A DNA stretch of 64,000 bases, from sequence record SRR31156797_1106. One strand, 5' to 3'. The notes below the pieces were generated by a model. It saw nothing but the letters and a program-made list of their open reading frames with translations. It made no database searches and was not told where the DNA came from. Every line of letters starts with the position of its first letter. Position 1 is the stretch's first letter. The position numbers were made by a program, and so were the translations under genes. Shown in pieces: positions 48,899 through 61,046 of the stretch.

Positions 48899-49753
48899 AT
48901 GAGAACCACAGACCTCCTCGAAGAAGCAGCGCACCGATTAAAACAGGCTGGCATTGAGGAATATTTGCTTGATGCCCGCCTGCTTTTAGAGTTTGTGACC
49001 CATATGTCACGGAGTGAGCTCCTCCTAGCCAGTGAGAAGATACTTGATCCTGCAATTCGTGACAATTATCTACTCTTGATTGATCAACGCAGCCAGCGTA
49101 TCCCACTCCATTATATTACAGGCGTTCGCGAGTTTTGGTCCCTTGACTTTCATGTCTCTCCTGCTGTACTCGTTCCAAGGCCGGAAACCGAGTTTTTGCT
49201 CGATCACGTCCTTGCAAACGTAGATTTCGAGAAGGGGAAGTGCAGGGCACTGGATATGTGCACCGGTAGCGGGGTCATTGCCGTGGTCCTGGCCTTGGAG
49301 CTAGATTGTTCTGTTACTGCCATTGATATTTCTCCTTTAGCTCTTACTGTGGCTGCACAAAACGTTGCTAGCCATTCTTGTGGACATCTCGTGCAGCTTG
49401 TCGGAAGCAATTTTTTTGCAGCACTGCAACGTGGCACGACCTTTGATCTTATCGTGTGTAACCCCCCTTATATCTCTGATAATGAGATTCTCTCCCTCCA
49501 GCCAGAGGTAAGCAGGTTTGAGCCTATGTTAGCACTCTCGGGAGGAACCAGTGGGCTAGATTGTATAGAACTGGTTATTGACCAAGCCAAAAAACACTTG
49601 GCTTCAGGGGGGAAAATTTTTTTTGAGATTGGTGCTGATCAGGGTCGGCAGGTAAGTGAGCTTTTTGCGGCTGCTGGTGACTATTATAATATCGTTGTTG
49701 TCCCTGACTGGGCAGGGCGCGATAGAGTGGTCCAGGCAAGCTTTTGTGGTTGA
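48899..49753 (+). CDS. prmC: Release factor glutamine methyltransferase
   Basis: PRPETE, DMCTGSG, NPPY. Confidence 0.95.
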   Translation: MRTTDLLEEAAHRLKQAGIEEYLLDARLLLEFVTHMSRSELLLASEKILDPAIRDNYLLLIDQRSQRIPLHYITGVREFWSLDFHVSPAVLVPRPETEFLLDHVLANVDFEKGKCRALDMCTGSGVIAVVLALELDCSVTAIDISPLALTVAAQNVASHSCGHLVQLVGSNFFAALQRGTTFDLIVCNPPYISDNEILSLQPEVSRFEPMLALSGGTSGLDCIELVIDQAKKHLASGGKIFFEIGADQGRQVSELFAAAGDYYNIVVVPDWAGRDRVVQASFCG

Positions 49754-49818
49754 TTCGTTTTTTTTTACAATAAAAGCAATTCTGTTAGGTGTGTCGGTGA
49801 TTACTATAACGAGGATAT

Positions 49819-51102
49819 ATGGATAAGATTAGATTGAGTGGTGGTAATTCCCTCTATGGTACGGTTGCTGTCAGTGGCGCGAAAAATGCTGCTTTGCCGC
49901 TCATTGCCGCAACATTGCTCTCGCCGGGGTGGCACACATTGGAAAATGTCCCTGATCTCAGAGACACTAGAACCATGCTCAAATTACTAGAGATCCTTGG
50001 GGCTGTCTGGGAACGTGATGGGAAAAGGGTGCGGATTAACACCGATAATTTATCCGGTGTGGAGGCCCCTTACGAACTGGTGAAAACCATGCGTGCCTCA
50101 GTGTTAGTCTTAGGGCCGCTGCTTGCCCGCCTCGGAACGGCTCGAGTTTCGCTGCCCGGTGGATGTGCCATTGGTGCGCGACCGATTAATTATCATCTTC
50201 AGGGTTTTGAACAACTTGGCATTACAACCAGTCTTAATGAAGGCTATGTTGAAGCAAAAGTCGAAAAGCGATTACAGGGCGGCAGCGTCTATTTCGACAA
50301 ACCGTCTGTTACAGGAACCGAAAATATTCTGATGGCCTCTGTATTCGCCGAGGGACAGACAATTATTAAAAACGCTGCCAGGGAACCTGAAATCGCCAAC
50401 CTGATCGATATGTTGACAGCAATGGGAGCTGAGATTGAAGGAAAAGACAGTGATCGTTTAACCGTAAATGGGGTAACTCAGCTCAAGGCGACTGTCTCGT
50501 CAATTATACCAGACCGCATTGAAACTGGTACTTACATGATTGCTGTTGCCGCGGCAGGAGGGGAGGTAGAAATTCAAGACTGTGTGCCTGCCCACCTGCC
50601 AGCATTGACAGAAAAATTGTTGCGCTGCGGGGTCGATGTAGAGGTAGGAGAAAACAGTCTCAGTGTGTGCTGCCCGTTAAGCAAAGGGCAAAACCGATGC
50701 CACCTCAAGAGTGTTGATGTCACAACCCTTCCATACCCTGGCTTCGCAACTGATCTTCAGGCACAGTTCATGGCACTGATGGCCTTAGGAAACGGTACAG
50801 CAGTTATCCATGAAACAATTTTTGAAAACAGGTTCATGCATGTCGCCGAATTGGAAAGAATGGGAGCGGATATTAAGATCGATGGGGCAACTGCTATTGT
50901 TCGTGGAGTTGGTCGTCAAGGGTTGAGTGGCGCTCAGGTGATGGCAACTGATCTACGTGCATCTGCTTCCTTGGTTATAGCCGGTCTTGCAGCGGAAGGG
51001 GAAACCGAGATTTCAAGGATATACCATTTGGAGAGAGGCTACGAAAATATAGTGAAAAAACTGGCTGGTCTCGGTGCTGATATTCAACGAGTCAGTGGGT
51101 AA
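49819..51102 (+). CDS. murA: UDP-N-acetylglucosamine 1-carboxyvinyltransferase
   Basis: [32 protein letters not shown]. Confidence 0.98.
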   Translation: MDKIRLSGGNSLYGTVAVSGAKNAALPLIAATLLSPGWHTLENVPDLRDTRTMLKLLEILGAVWERDGKRVRINTDNLSGVEAPYELVKTMRASVLVLGPLLARLGTARVSLPGGCAIGARPINYHLQGFEQLGITTSLNEGYVEAKVEKRLQGGSVYFDKPSVTGTENILMASVFAEGQTIIKNAAREPEIANLIDMLTAMGAEIEGKDSDRLTVNGVTQLKATVSSIIPDRIETGTYMIAVAAAGGEVEIQDCVPAHLPALTEKLLRCGVDVEVGENSLSVCCPLSKGQNRCHLKSVDVTTLPYPGFATDLQAQFMALMALGNGTAVIHETIFENRFMHVAELERMGADIKIDGATAIVRGVGRQGLSGAQVMATDLRASASLVIAGLAAEGETEISRIYHLERGYENIVKKLAGLGADIQRVSG

Positions 51103-52810
51103 CTGTCTCCGGGTGAGGGAGGAAAAGCCGGATAATGCAACCGTAGTTGGCATTACTATCAATTTCAATGATTCCGTTATGGTTGTCAACGAGTTGTTTG
51201 ACAATGGCCAACCCCAGCCCGGTACCATTTTCACGGGTGGAAAAAAAAGGAGTAAAGACTTGTTCCCGTAAGGTGGCTGGTATTCCAGGGCCTGTATCAC
51301 ACACTTCTATGCAGGTATAATTTTCGTTCTCTTTGTTGGTTTCATAGGCGTGGATTGCTACCTTGACTGTCTGTTCTGTGCCGGGAATGGAGCGTGTATT
51401 TTCAATCAGGTGAGTCAGTATGGTTTGAATTTGCTGTTGGTCACCCCAGCAGTTCAAGTGCGTCTCTATGTTTTTAACCAAATTACCCTGTTCAAGCTGT
51501 TCGTAGAGAGGGAATGTCTTTTCAGTTACCTCCGATAACAGGCGGCTCAGGTCAAACCATTGTAGAGAACCAGCAACTGGCCTCGCAAATTGGAGGAAAT
51601 CAGTAATGGTTGTAGCCATCCTTTTTGACTCCCGTAGTATGATTCCTACCAGCGTTTTGCCTGTATTTTCGTTTGTCGTGTCGTTTTCACTGTAGTCCAT
51701 GGCCAGGATCTGTGCTGATCCTGAAATGGCTGCCAACGGGTTACGGAAATCGTGGGCAATCGAAGCGCTGAGCTCACCTATTGCTGCCATTTTTTCAGCA
51801 TCGCGGACCTGCTTTTCCATGAGTTCAATTTTGCTGATGTCCTGAAGTGTTACCACTTTACAGCAGGAATGGACATCCTCATTTTGATGTGCCGGTGGTA
51901 TACCTAGCTTCGAAAAAGAATAGCCTACCCGGATAACCGTGCCGTCATTTTTCTCCAGGTGGCAGACATTGCGCTCGCTGCCACCTGTTAGCTGAATCTC
52001 TGGAAAACATGCATGAATTTCCTTTCCCAGAACATGTTCCTCTGGGCATCCTGTGATGCGTTTAGCTGCGTTGTTATACGAAGTAATAATGTCTTTTTCG
52101 TCAGTGGTGATGATGCCTGTGGTGATGTCATCAAAAATTTGTTTGTACAGGAGGGAGAGGCGGTCAAATTCAAGAACAGTTTTTGAAAGTTCTTTTTCTG
52201 TAAACCGTAAACGACCGGCCAACTGTCCGCTAATGATTGCTATTACAAAAAAAGTAATACCGTAAACCGCAAAGAGATTTAAAGCGGTGAAGGAGTCGCT
52301 TGGTGGTTGATAGGTAGTACCTTGGAAATAAAGTGGGGTTACACCAAAGTATTCCATCCCCAGTACGCCTGCATAGGAAATGGTTGCCGCTGCAGCCGGA
52401 ATAAGTCCACCTATTTTGTAGAGTATCAAGCCGCCGACGATGATGGGGAAAATGAACACCGGGGTAAAAATGGACTGGCTGCAGCCACTTGCGTACACAA
52501 GCAAGGCCGTGAACCCAATGTCTGCCAAGAGTTGAATTACCCCGAAACGTCGTAAGAATTTTACTTTGCGTCGTAAAAGAAGTACTGAGCATACAGAAAA
52601 GAAGACAACGACAATCAGGAATGTAACGGATATGGGCAATTGCGGCAGGATGAGGTAATGGTTCTGGGTGCTAAAAATTGTTGGTACTGTAACCAGTAAA
52701 GTGAAAAGGCAGACACGTACAAATATAAACGAAAGAATATGCTGCTTCAGCTGTTGGTCTGTATCCTCAACAGGTACAAAACTGTTGAGCCAGTTATAGA
52801 TAGCGTTCAC
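51092..52810 (-). CDS. pilS: PilS-like membrane sensor histidine kinase
   Basis: Multi-TM N-terminus, [22 protein letters not shown]. Confidence 0.8.
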   Translation of the reverse strand: MNAIYNWLNSFVPVEDTDQQLKQHILSFIFVRVCLFTLLVTVPTIFSTQNHYLILPQLPISVTFLIVVVFFSVCSVLLLRRKVKFLRRFGVIQLLADIGFTALLVYASGCSQSIFTPVFIFPIIVGGLILYKIGGLIPAAAATISYAGVLGMEYFGVTPLYFQGTTYQPPSDSFTALNLFAVYGITFFVIAIISGQLAGRLRFTEKELSKTVLEFDRLSLLYKQIFDDITTGIITTDEKDIITSYNNAAKRITGCPEEHVLGKEIHACFPEIQLTGGSERNVCHLEKNDGTVIRVGYSFSKLGIPPAHQNEDVHSCCKVVTLQDISKIELMEKQVRDAEKMAAIGELSASIAHDFRNPLAAISGSAQILAMDYSENDTTNENTGKTLVGIILRESKRMATTITDFLQFARPVAGSLQWFDLSRLLSEVTEKTFPLYEQLEQGNLVKNIETHLNCWGDQQQIQTILTHLIENTRSIPGTEQTVKVAIHAYETNKENENYTCIEVCDTGPGIPATLREQVFTPFFSTRENGTGLGLAIVKQLVDNHNGIIEIDSNANYGCIIRLFLPHPETVTH

Positions 52811-52858
52811 TGTATAGGAGTATTGATTAAAGAAATGGAGGAAGGGTGTATACAGAAA

Positions 52859-54235
52859 TCAGTCAATTTCATATTTTTTTGTTTTGTAACGTAAACTGCG
52901 AAAACTGATTTTAAGAAGATCTGCTGCCCGCATTTTTGAGTTGTCGGCCTTGGCAAGAGCATGAAGGATCATTTCTTTTTCCAGTTGATACAAAATATCG
53001 TCCATGCCACGCCCAAAGAGCTCGTCTTCATCCATTGCAGCGACAAAGAGAGGTTGTTCGACTCTTTCCACAGGTTCTTGTTGATTGCGACGATGTATGG
53101 AAAGCATCAGGTTTTCAGGAAGGATAATATTTGATGATTCCAGTGCCACTCCACGTTCAATGATATTTTCCAATTCTCGGACATTGCCGGGAAAATCGTA
53201 CTCCATGAGGACCTCAAGTCCGTATGAGGAGATGGTCTGCACACCTTTACCCAGGATTTTAGCGTATTTCTGTAGAAAGTGATCTACCAGAAGAGGAACA
53301 TCACCGATGCGTTCTCTCAGTGGCGGAACCCGAATGGGTACAACCGCTAATCTGTAATAGAGATCTTCTCTGAATTTTCCGGAAATGATTTCTTCCTCTA
53401 AAATTCGATTGGTTGCCGCGATAATTCTCACGTTGACCCTGCGGGTCTTTGTGGAGCCGACAGGCATGAATTCTCTTTCCTGGAGTACTCGTAGCAGTTT
53501 GGTTTGAATAATCGGGGTGAGTTCGCCTATTTCATCAAGAAAGGCGGTGCCCTGATCAGCGAGCTGGAAAAGTCCAGCTTTGTCGGCAATGGCGCCTGTA
53601 AACGAACCTTTGACATGACCAAAAAGTTCGCTTTCAAGAAGACTTTCGGGAATGGCGCTGCAGGTAATGGGAACAAACGGCCTGTCAGCCACCCTGGAAT
53701 GGTTGTGAATGGCTTGGGCAACCAGCTCCTTTCCTGTTCCCGATTCTCCGTAGATCAAAACACTGGCTGGGGTTGGAGCAATTTTCTTTATGAGGTCAAA
53801 AATTTTTACCATTTCCTGGCTTTGGCCAATAATTTCAGGAAAACTGTTATCCTGTTCCTGTGCACTAGTATTATTTTTTTTGGCCAGACCGGAATGGATG
53901 ACATTTTTAATTTCATCCACATTAAAGGGTTTGGTAATGTAGTCAAATGCCCCGTTTTTCATGGCAGTGACGGCATCATCGGGGCTGGCAAAGGCCGTGA
54001 TCATAATCACCCCGATATCAATGTTGATCTCTTTTATAGCTGCGAGCAGGTCCAAACCACTCATGCCAGGCATACGAATGTCTGAAATGACCAGGTCAAC
54101 AGGATGTTTTAGTATACTATCTATTGCTGTTTTTCCGTCCGGAGCTGTGAACACCTCGTATCCTTCTTTTTCAAGAAGGATTTTGAGAAATTCACGCATG
54201 CTCAGTTCATCGTCAACAACAAGCAGGGATGCCAT
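52859..54235 (-). CDS. pilR: PilR/NtrC-like sigma54 response regulator
   Basis: VVDDELSMREFL, GESGTGKE, GSFTGA, FLDEIGE, LYYRL, SLRYK HTH. Confidence 0.85.
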   Translation of the reverse strand: MASLLVVDDELSMREFLKILLEKEGYEVFTAPDGKTAIDSILKHPVDLVISDIRMPGMSGLDLLAAIKEINIDIGVIMITAFASPDDAVTAMKNGAFDYITKPFNVDEIKNVIHSGLAKKNNTSAQEQDNSFPEIIGQSQEMVKIFDLIKKIAPTPASVLIYGESGTGKELVAQAIHNHSRVADRPFVPITCSAIPESLLESELFGHVKGSFTGAIADKAGLFQLADQGTAFLDEIGELTPIIQTKLLRVLQEREFMPVGSTKTRRVNVRIIAATNRILEEEIISGKFREDLYYRLAVVPIRVPPLRERIGDVPLLVDHFLQKYAKILGKGVQTISSYGLEVLMEYDFPGNVRELENIIERGVALESSNIILPENLMLSIHRRNQQEPVERVEQPLFVAAMDEDELFGRGMDDILYQLEKEMILHALAKADNSKMRAADLLKISFRSLRYKTKKYEID

Positions 54236-54474
54236 AAAATACCTATAAAATATCGACTATTTAAGCTGATTGTACTTCCTGGCAGTTTAGCCTTAACAGG
54301 TGTCGTAAGTCAAACATTATCCTGTTATCAGCCGGATGAGACCGAAGTGAACCGAGCGGAGGAGGGATTTCATCGACGATAAGGCATTTTTATCCAGTTT
54401 ACATTACTACCAAGATGCGGTAGATTTCTCCAATTTACTTATATTATTAACAGTTACATTAACAGGTACAGGCT

Positions 54475-55238
54475 GTGGGCAATCAAGAGGCATTTGATAA
54501 ACAGACATTAACGGAACATCTGACAGAGCTTCGCTCCTGCTTAATTATTTCAATGGCAGCTATTGGTGCAGGCTTTGCCATCGCCTACATGTGTATACGA
54601 CCCATCGCAGATTGGTTTTTTCGCCCATTGATTAAGGTGCTGCCTGATAAACAGAGTTTGATATTCATCTCTTATCAGGAAGGGTTTTTTTTTATCTAAA
54701 GCTAGCCTTGGTATGTGGACTTTTAATGGCAAGTCCTGTTCTTTTTCACCAACTTTGGCGTTTTATTGCACCTGGGTTGTACCACCATGAAAAGAGGGCT
54801 TTGCTTCCTTTCACTTTTATTTCCTCCTTATGTTTTTTAGGTGGGGCAGCATTTGGTTACTTTGTTGTTTTTCCACCCGCTTTTTCCTTTTTAATCGGAT
54901 ATTCAAGCTCCTTCTTGGAACCCATGCCTGCGGTAAGTGAGTATTTTTCCCTTGCCTTACGGTTACTTCTAGCTTTTGGGGTTGTTTTTGAGTTGCCTGT
55001 GTTTATGGTTTTTTTAGCAAAAATCGGAGTGGTTAATAAACATTTTTTGCAAAAAAATCGAAAGTATGCACTATTGATTGCCTTTATTGTAGCCGCGATA
55101 TTAACCCCCACGCCTGATATCGTGAATCAACTGCTTATGGCGGGCCCGCTGATAGTGTTGTATGAGGTGAGTATCATTGCTGTATCTCTGCTTGTTAAGT
55201 CTACATTTATAGGGTTTCCGGAAAATAAGGATTCCTGA
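54475..55238 (+). pseudogene. tatC: Twin-arginine translocase TatC, split by 1-nt frameshift at T9 run (real or sequencing error)
   Basis: First part HLTELR..EGFF; second part QLWRFIAPGLY..E, FELP, AAILTPTPD, LYE. One added base at 54685-54693 gives ..EGFFFYLKLALVCG.. Confidence 0.85.
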
Positions 55239-55398
55239 GGAGTTGCATTTTAGGAAACAAGGCGTGCCGGTAAAACAAAGCTAAACGAAAATCTATATGT
55301 TGGATGACTCTGTGTTGAACTGTTATTGTCTGGTCGTGCAGGACTTTTTACAATTATAGTTTTTGAAGTGATAAAAAAGTACCTTGAGGAGATTTACA

Positions 55399-56679
55399 AT
55401 GGCATATACTGCTGACTTTGAGAAGGCTCTTGAGATTGGTCGACCACCAAATATTAGAAATCTTTTTCCACATTCACGGGCACTGATCGTGAGTGGTAAG
55501 GTCATTGACCGCGCAATGATGGCAAAGGGTGGGGCCATGACCATCGCAGCCAACGGGAGAAGTAATATTGTGATTCGTGGTGCTCTCAAGGCTGCTCAGC
55601 GAGCACGATCGGCGCTTATTATCGAGATTGCCCGTTCTGAAGGCGGTGCTAATGCATATTGTGCTGTCAACTATTGGAATATTGCCCGTCAAGTTGATGC
55701 GTTGTGCAATGAATTGGGTATTACTGTTCCTGTGGCCATTCATGCGGATCATTATGGTATAAAAAGTACCGCTGATATTCCCTTTGCAATTTCTGAAATT
55801 CCTTCAATTTTTGATGCAGGAATTACCTCTATTGCCATAGATGCATCGCACATGCCTGATGACGACAATTTACTGGCAAGTATAGAATTATCTAAGTATG
55901 TGCCTTCGTGGGCCGGATTTGAGACCGAAGTTGGAGAGATAAAAGGGACGCTTGGGCTTTCGTCATCTGAAGAGGCATTGTTCCTGATCCAGGGACTCAA
56001 TGCCCATAATATTTTTCCTGATTGGATTGCTCTAAATAACGGGACAACCCATGGCATAGAAGCTTCAACCCAGGGGATCCAGGTTGAGTTGACAGCAGAA
56101 ATTCACGAGGCCCTTGCAAAATATGCAGTTTCTGGAGCCCAGCACGGGACCTCGGGAAACAGTTCAGATCGACTGCGAGAGATTGCCTTCAGGACACAGT
56201 CCACTAAGGCCAATGTGGCCACCGCTCTGCAAATGATTTCCTGGGGACTGGAAGTCAATGATTTCGGCAATGCAACCCTTGATGCTGAAGGTGAATTTGT
56301 TAAGACGCCCGGTGAAGGTGTTACCGCTGAATTGTGGGAGGATATTCAACAGTATGCACAAACTCAGGGGTGGAAAAAAGGAGATTACAAGAAACTCAAT
56401 TTGCCTTTTGAAAATAAAATCATGGGTCAGCCAAAGGCCATTCGTGAGAGGATGGCAAGAAGGGTGGAAGATTTTGTCTACACTTTGTTAGTTGAGGTCT
56501 TTAATGCCGCAGATACCGCCAGGTATGGTGTCGACGCTTTGCTTGAAGCCGGCAGCTTTGATCTTGGCCCTAAGACCGGGCGCATTGAACCTCTTGAAGA
56601 ATGGAGTGAGTCTGAGATTCGCAAGCGAGCTGCAACGCTTGATACCGATAAAGGACCGGAAGGTGATTTTGACGATTAA
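55399..56679 (+). CDS. fba: Class II fructose-bisphosphate aldolase
   Basis: HADH, IDASH, ETEVGEI, GTTHG, QHGTSG, KANVAT. Confidence 0.88.
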   Translation: MAYTADFEKALEIGRPPNIRNLFPHSRALIVSGKVIDRAMMAKGGAMTIAANGRSNIVIRGALKAAQRARSALIIEIARSEGGANAYCAVNYWNIARQVDALCNELGITVPVAIHADHYGIKSTADIPFAISEIPSIFDAGITSIAIDASHMPDDDNLLASIELSKYVPSWAGFETEVGEIKGTLGLSSSEEALFLIQGLNAHNIFPDWIALNNGTTHGIEASTQGIQVELTAEIHEALAKYAVSGAQHGTSGNSSDRLREIAFRTQSTKANVATALQMISWGLEVNDFGNATLDAEGEFVKTPGEGVTAELWEDIQQYAQTQGWKKGDYKKLNLPFENKIMGQPKAIRERMARRVEDFVYTLLVEVFNAADTARYGVDALLEAGSFDLGPKTGRIEPLEEWSESEIRKRAATLDTDKGPEGDFDD

Positions 56680-56741
56680 CCCCTCTGTAAAGGGTAAATC
56701 GGCCGTGTATCTTTAATTTGCAATTTTAAAACAAAATAAAT

Positions 56742-57752
56742 ATGGAAACAATTCTTATAACCGGTGCTGCCGGATTTATTGGGCATGGGTTGGCAAAACG
56801 TTTGCTGGAACAGGGAAGAACAGTTGTTGGTCTGGATAATCTAAATGATTATTATGACCCGCAGCTCAAGCGGGATCGACTGGCACAGTTACAACCTTTC
56901 AAGACGTTCTCTCATGCCGAATTTAATATGGCCGATCGTCAGGAAATGGAAAAATTGTTTGCAGAATTCAGCTTTGATGCCGTGGTGAATTTAGCTGCTC
57001 AAGCGGGAGTACGCTATTCTCTCATTAATCCTCATTCCTACGTAGATACCAACCTTGTAGGTTTTGTGAATGTCTTGGAAGGGTGCCGCCAAAGTGGTGT
57101 TAAACATCTGGTGTATGCCTCATCAAGTTCTGTCTATGGTGCCAATACCAAGATGCCTTTTTCTGTCCATGATAATGTGGATCATCCTGTCTCTTTGTAT
57201 GCAGCATCAAAAAAAGCTAATGAGCTGATGGCTCATTCTTATAGCCATCTTTTTAATCTGGCAACCACCGGTCTCCGTTTTTTCACAGTTTATGGCCCCT
57301 GGGGACGGCCTGACATGGCGTTGTTTCTCTTTACCAAGGCCATTTTAGAGGGGCGACCCATTGATGTCTTTAATAATGGGGAGATGGAAAGGGATTTCAC
57401 CTATATTGACGATATTGTTGAAGGTGTGTTGCGGGTTATCGACCATGTGCCTCAACCCAATGAAGAGTGGCGTGGCGATGAGCCGGATCCTGCGACCAGC
57501 TACTGTCCGTGGCGGGTTTTTAACATCGGCAATAATAACAAAGAAAAATTGATGCGCTATATAGAGGTGCTGGAAAAATGTATTGGCCGAAAGGCTGAGA
57601 AAAATTTTCTGCCCATGCAGAATGGGGATGTTCCAGCCACCTACGCTAATGTTGATGACTTGGTTAGGGAGATTGATTTTAAACCGGCGACCAGTATCGA
57701 AGATGGTATTGAACGTTTTGTTAACTGGTACAGAGGATACTATAGTATCTGA
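56742..57752 (+). CDS. NAD-dependent epimerase (UDP-glucuronate 4-epimerase-like)
   Basis: [40 protein letters not shown]. Confidence 0.92.
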   Translation: METILITGAAGFIGHGLAKRLLEQGRTVVGLDNLNDYYDPQLKRDRLAQLQPFKTFSHAEFNMADRQEMEKLFAEFSFDAVVNLAAQAGVRYSLINPHSYVDTNLVGFVNVLEGCRQSGVKHLVYASSSSVYGANTKMPFSVHDNVDHPVSLYAASKKANELMAHSYSHLFNLATTGLRFFTVYGPWGRPDMALFLFTKAILEGRPIDVFNNGEMERDFTYIDDIVEGVLRVIDHVPQPNEEWRGDEPDPATSYCPWRVFNIGNNNKEKLMRYIEVLEKCIGRKAEKNFLPMQNGDVPATYANVDDLVREIDFKPATSIEDGIERFVNWYRGYYSI

Positions 57753-57903
57753 GTTAAGAATCCTTTTTTCAAGGGGGCTCTAATAATTGACATAGAGTAA
57801 CTACAGGGGTAAGAGGTGTTTAATATGTCTCATATCCCTGTAGAAATTGTCCTGCAGTAAACAGGCCGCGACCGCCGCTGACCTGCCCTTTTTTCATGAA
57901 ATG

Positions 57904-59811
57904 TTACCTTCCTAGAAGTTTGCACGCGCTAGCAATAATGCCCTTGCTGTCAATCCCTGCATTTTCCCATAAGATGCTTTGCGGTCCATGTTCGACAAAC
58001 GAACTTGGGTAGCCGAGCATTTGTAAAGGTACATGAATAGCATGTTCGTTGAGCATCTGCAGCACCATACTGCCAAAGCCGCCTTGGATACAGTTATCCT
58101 CAATAGTGATTACATTCCGGGTCGTTTTCGCCCATTTGGTGATGAGCTCATGGTCAAGAGGTTTGATAAATCTGGGATTGATAACCGCTGCAGAAATGCC
58201 TAGCTCCTCAAGTTTTTTTGCTGCCTGAAAGGCAGGGTAAACTCTGTTACCTATAGGGAGGAGAAGCACATCCTGACCGGGTCTAAGTAACTCCCCTTTG
58301 CCATGGGGTAGTGCCGTAAAATTGAGGTCAAAAGGGATACCTTCTCCATTACCGCGTGGGTAACGTATTGCAACCGGCCCATCATGTTGTGAGGCTGTAT
58401 ACAGCATGTGCTGTAATTCGTTTTCATCTTTAGGGGCCATTATTGTTAAATTCGGCACAAAAGAAAGAAAAGAAATGTCAAATATTCCATGGTGGGTGGG
58501 GCCGTCTGCACCAACGACACCGCTTCGATCCAAAGCAATGGTTACCGGTAGGTTGGGTAGGCACACATCATGTACCAACTGGTCAAGAGAACGCTGCATA
58601 AAGGTGGAGTAGACAGCGAAAAACGGACGCATGCCTTCAAGTGCCAAACCGGCGGCAAAGGTAATGGCATGTTGTTCAGCAATACCAACGTCGAAAAAAC
58701 GGTCGGGAAATTCTGCACAAAAAGGCTCGAGGCCAGTACCGCCGGGCATGGCGGCTGTAATTGCAGCAATTTTGTCGTTGTTGCGGGCTAGTTTACAAAG
58801 AGTGTTGCCGAAAACCTTGGTGTAGGAAGGAATGGCACTCCCTGATTTTTTTGGTTTTCCTGAATGAATGTCAAAGGGACCAACCCCGTGATAGGCACCT
58901 GGGTTGTCCTCAGCAGGTTTATATCCTTTGCCCTTGGTTGTCACAACATGGACTAAAACCGGACCATGATTATGGTCTCTAACATTGGAAAGGGTTGCTA
59001 TCAGGCTATCAAGGTCATGGCCTGGTATAGGGCCGACATATTTAAATTTCAGCGCCTCAAAGAGTATACCAGGGGTAAGGAATGCTTTCAGGCTTTCCTC
59101 GCTCTTGCGGAGGATTGAGAGTATATTTTCACCCACCGAAGAAAGAGCCATTAATCGCTCTTCAATGTGATCTCGTACCCTGCGAATGGTTTTCCCTGTC
59201 ATTTTCCTGCTGAGAAAGCTGGAAAATGCTCCTACGTTTGGCGAGATGGACATTTCATTATCATTGAGGATCACAATCAGGTTTTTGTCCAGGTCACCAG
59301 CATGGTTGAGAGCCTCAAACGCCATCCCAGCGGTCATGGAGCCGTCACCGATAATCGCAATTACACGGCTATCATCTTGTTGCAGTTCTTTTGCCACCGC
59401 CATACCTAAACTGTAGGAGATGGAGGTGGAGCTGTGTCCGGTTTCAACCGGGTCGTAAATGCTTTCAGATCGTTTTGGAAATCCGCTAAGCCCTTTATAT
59501 TTACGAAGGGTATGAAATATATCTTTTCTGCCTGTTAAAAGCTTGTGGGCATATGCCTGGTGGCCGACATCCCAGATAAGTTTATCTTCAGGAGTATTAA
59601 AGACATAGTGGAGAGCCATGGTGAGCTCGACGACACCGAGGCTGGGTGCGAGATGCCCGCCAGTCTCGGATACCGTCGAAATAATGGTCTCTCTGAGTTC
59701 TTGCGTAAGTACCGCCAACTCATCAGGGCCGAGGGTGCGTAGATCCTTGGGCGAATGTATAAAGTCTAACACTTTTTGCTGCTGATCCACCGGGTTGTTC
59801 ATAATGAGCAT
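57904..59811 (-). CDS. dxs: 1-deoxy-D-xylulose-5-phosphate synthase
   Basis: [37 protein letters not shown]. Confidence 0.97.
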   Translation of the reverse strand: MLIMNNPVDQQQKVLDFIHSPKDLRTLGPDELAVLTQELRETIISTVSETGGHLAPSLGVVELTMALHYVFNTPEDKLIWDVGHQAYAHKLLTGRKDIFHTLRKYKGLSGFPKRSESIYDPVETGHSSTSISYSLGMAVAKELQQDDSRVIAIIGDGSMTAGMAFEALNHAGDLDKNLIVILNDNEMSISPNVGAFSSFLSRKMTGKTIRRVRDHIEERLMALSSVGENILSILRKSEESLKAFLTPGILFEALKFKYVGPIPGHDLDSLIATLSNVRDHNHGPVLVHVVTTKGKGYKPAEDNPGAYHGVGPFDIHSGKPKKSGSAIPSYTKVFGNTLCKLARNNDKIAAITAAMPGGTGLEPFCAEFPDRFFDVGIAEQHAITFAAGLALEGMRPFFAVYSTFMQRSLDQLVHDVCLPNLPVTIALDRSGVVGADGPTHHGIFDISFLSFVPNLTIMAPKDENELQHMLYTASQHDGPVAIRYPRGNGEGIPFDLNFTALPHGKGELLRPGQDVLLLPIGNRVYPAFQAAKKLEELGISAAVINPRFIKPLDHELITKWAKTTRNVITIEDNCIQGGFGSMVLQMLNEHAIHVPLQMLGYPSSFVEHGPQSILWENAGIDSKGIIASACKLLGR

Positions 59812-59812
59812 G

Positions 59813-60736
59813 TTAATACTTCCGTTCTATTATATAGGTTGCTATGCCCCTGAGCGGGTCAGCATGGTGATCAAAAATGGACAGGGAGTCAAGTGCGTTG
59901 TCAATAGCTTCTTTGGCCATTTTTTTTGACTGGTCGATCCCAAAGAGGGAGGGGTAGGTAACCTTGTCAGCTTCCTCGTCGCTGCCTACCGGCTTGCCGA
60001 GTTCCTCCGTAGTTGAGACTACATCAAGCAAATCGTCAATTATCTGGAAAGCAAGGCCAATGTTGTTGCCGTAGCTTGTCAGGGCATGTTCTTGTTCGTT
60101 TGCAGCACCTGCAGCAAGACCACCGCATACAACCGAAGCGGTGATGAGTGCACCTGTTTTACTCTTATGGATGGTCTTTAAGGTTTCATAGGTAACCTGT
60201 TTTCCTTCGCAGATCATATCAAGTGATTGACCGCCGACCATGCCAAACGATCCCGCTGCCTGGGCAATTAACTGTATGACCCGCAATTTTACAGCTGGGT
60301 CAGGTTGTGAACTCTCGCTGCTGAGCAGTTCAAAAGCATTGGTCAGGAGTCCGTCTCCTGCGAGAATAGCAGCTGCCTCACCAAAAATGGTGTGATTGGT
60401 TGGTTTCCCCCGCCGAAGATCATCGTCGTCCATGGCTGGTAGGTCATCATGGATCAGGGAATAGGTATGGATACATTCCATGGCACCGGCAATGGGCAGT
60501 ATTCTTTCTAGGTCACACTTGCCGCCACTGACTGCTTCTGCACCTGCAAGACAGAGGATGGGGCGAACCCGCTTGCCACCGACAAAGAGGCTGTAGCGCA
60601 TTGCTTCAATATGGGGAGCAAAGTTGCCAACAGGCGGAGCAATTGCTTTTTCCAGATAGGCTTCAACTAAACTGCGTTGTTTGTTCAGATATGCCTTAAT
60701 CTCCAATTGAGTTCTCCTCAAAAGGGACATTTTCAT
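59813..60736 (-). CDS. ispA: Farnesyl diphosphate synthase
   Basis: [31 protein letters not shown]; start may be TTG near 60706. Confidence 0.93.
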   Translation of the reverse strand: MKMSLLRRTQLEIKAYLNKQRSLVEAYLEKAIAPPVGNFAPHIEAMRYSLFVGGKRVRPILCLAGAEAVSGGKCDLERILPIAGAMECIHTYSLIHDDLPAMDDDDLRRGKPTNHTIFGEAAAILAGDGLLTNAFELLSSESSQPDPAVKLRVIQLIAQAAGSFGMVGGQSLDMICEGKQVTYETLKTIHKSKTGALITASVVCGGLAAGAANEQEHALTSYGNNIGLAFQIIDDLLDVVSTTEELGKPVGSDEEADKVTYPSLFGIDQSKKMAKEAIDNALDSLSIFDHHADPLRGIATYIIERKY

Positions 60737-60929
60737 AGGTGTTATTTTTTTTCATGAGTATATCCACCCTGCTCTTGGCTTCTTCAAGAGTGCTGTTGCA
60801 GAAATTTACTAACTGCATGCCTTCGTCAAATTTTTTTAAGCTCGTTTCCAGGGGCAATTCACCCGCTTCCAACTCCAAGGTGATTTTTTCCAGTTTGGTG
60901 AGTGCACTTTCAAATGTTTTTTTGGCCAT
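60696..60929 (-). CDS. xseB: Exodeoxyribonuclease VII small subunit
   Basis: FESAL.KLE.I...LE.G.L.LE.SL..F.EG; GAGG RBS. Confidence 0.93.
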   Translation of the reverse strand: MAKKTFESALTKLEKITLELEAGELPLETSLKKFDEGMQLVNFCNSTLEEAKSRVDILMKKNNTYENVPFEENSIGD

Positions 60930-61046
60930 ACCTCGTCTCCGTGGTAACCTTCCGTAGAGAAGGGTGTCGGTTTGGTGCTTGCCTTGCAATGCGTACAAGG
61001 GTAATCTTGTAGTTTAAACATAATAACCCTTCCTTTCAATACCTGT

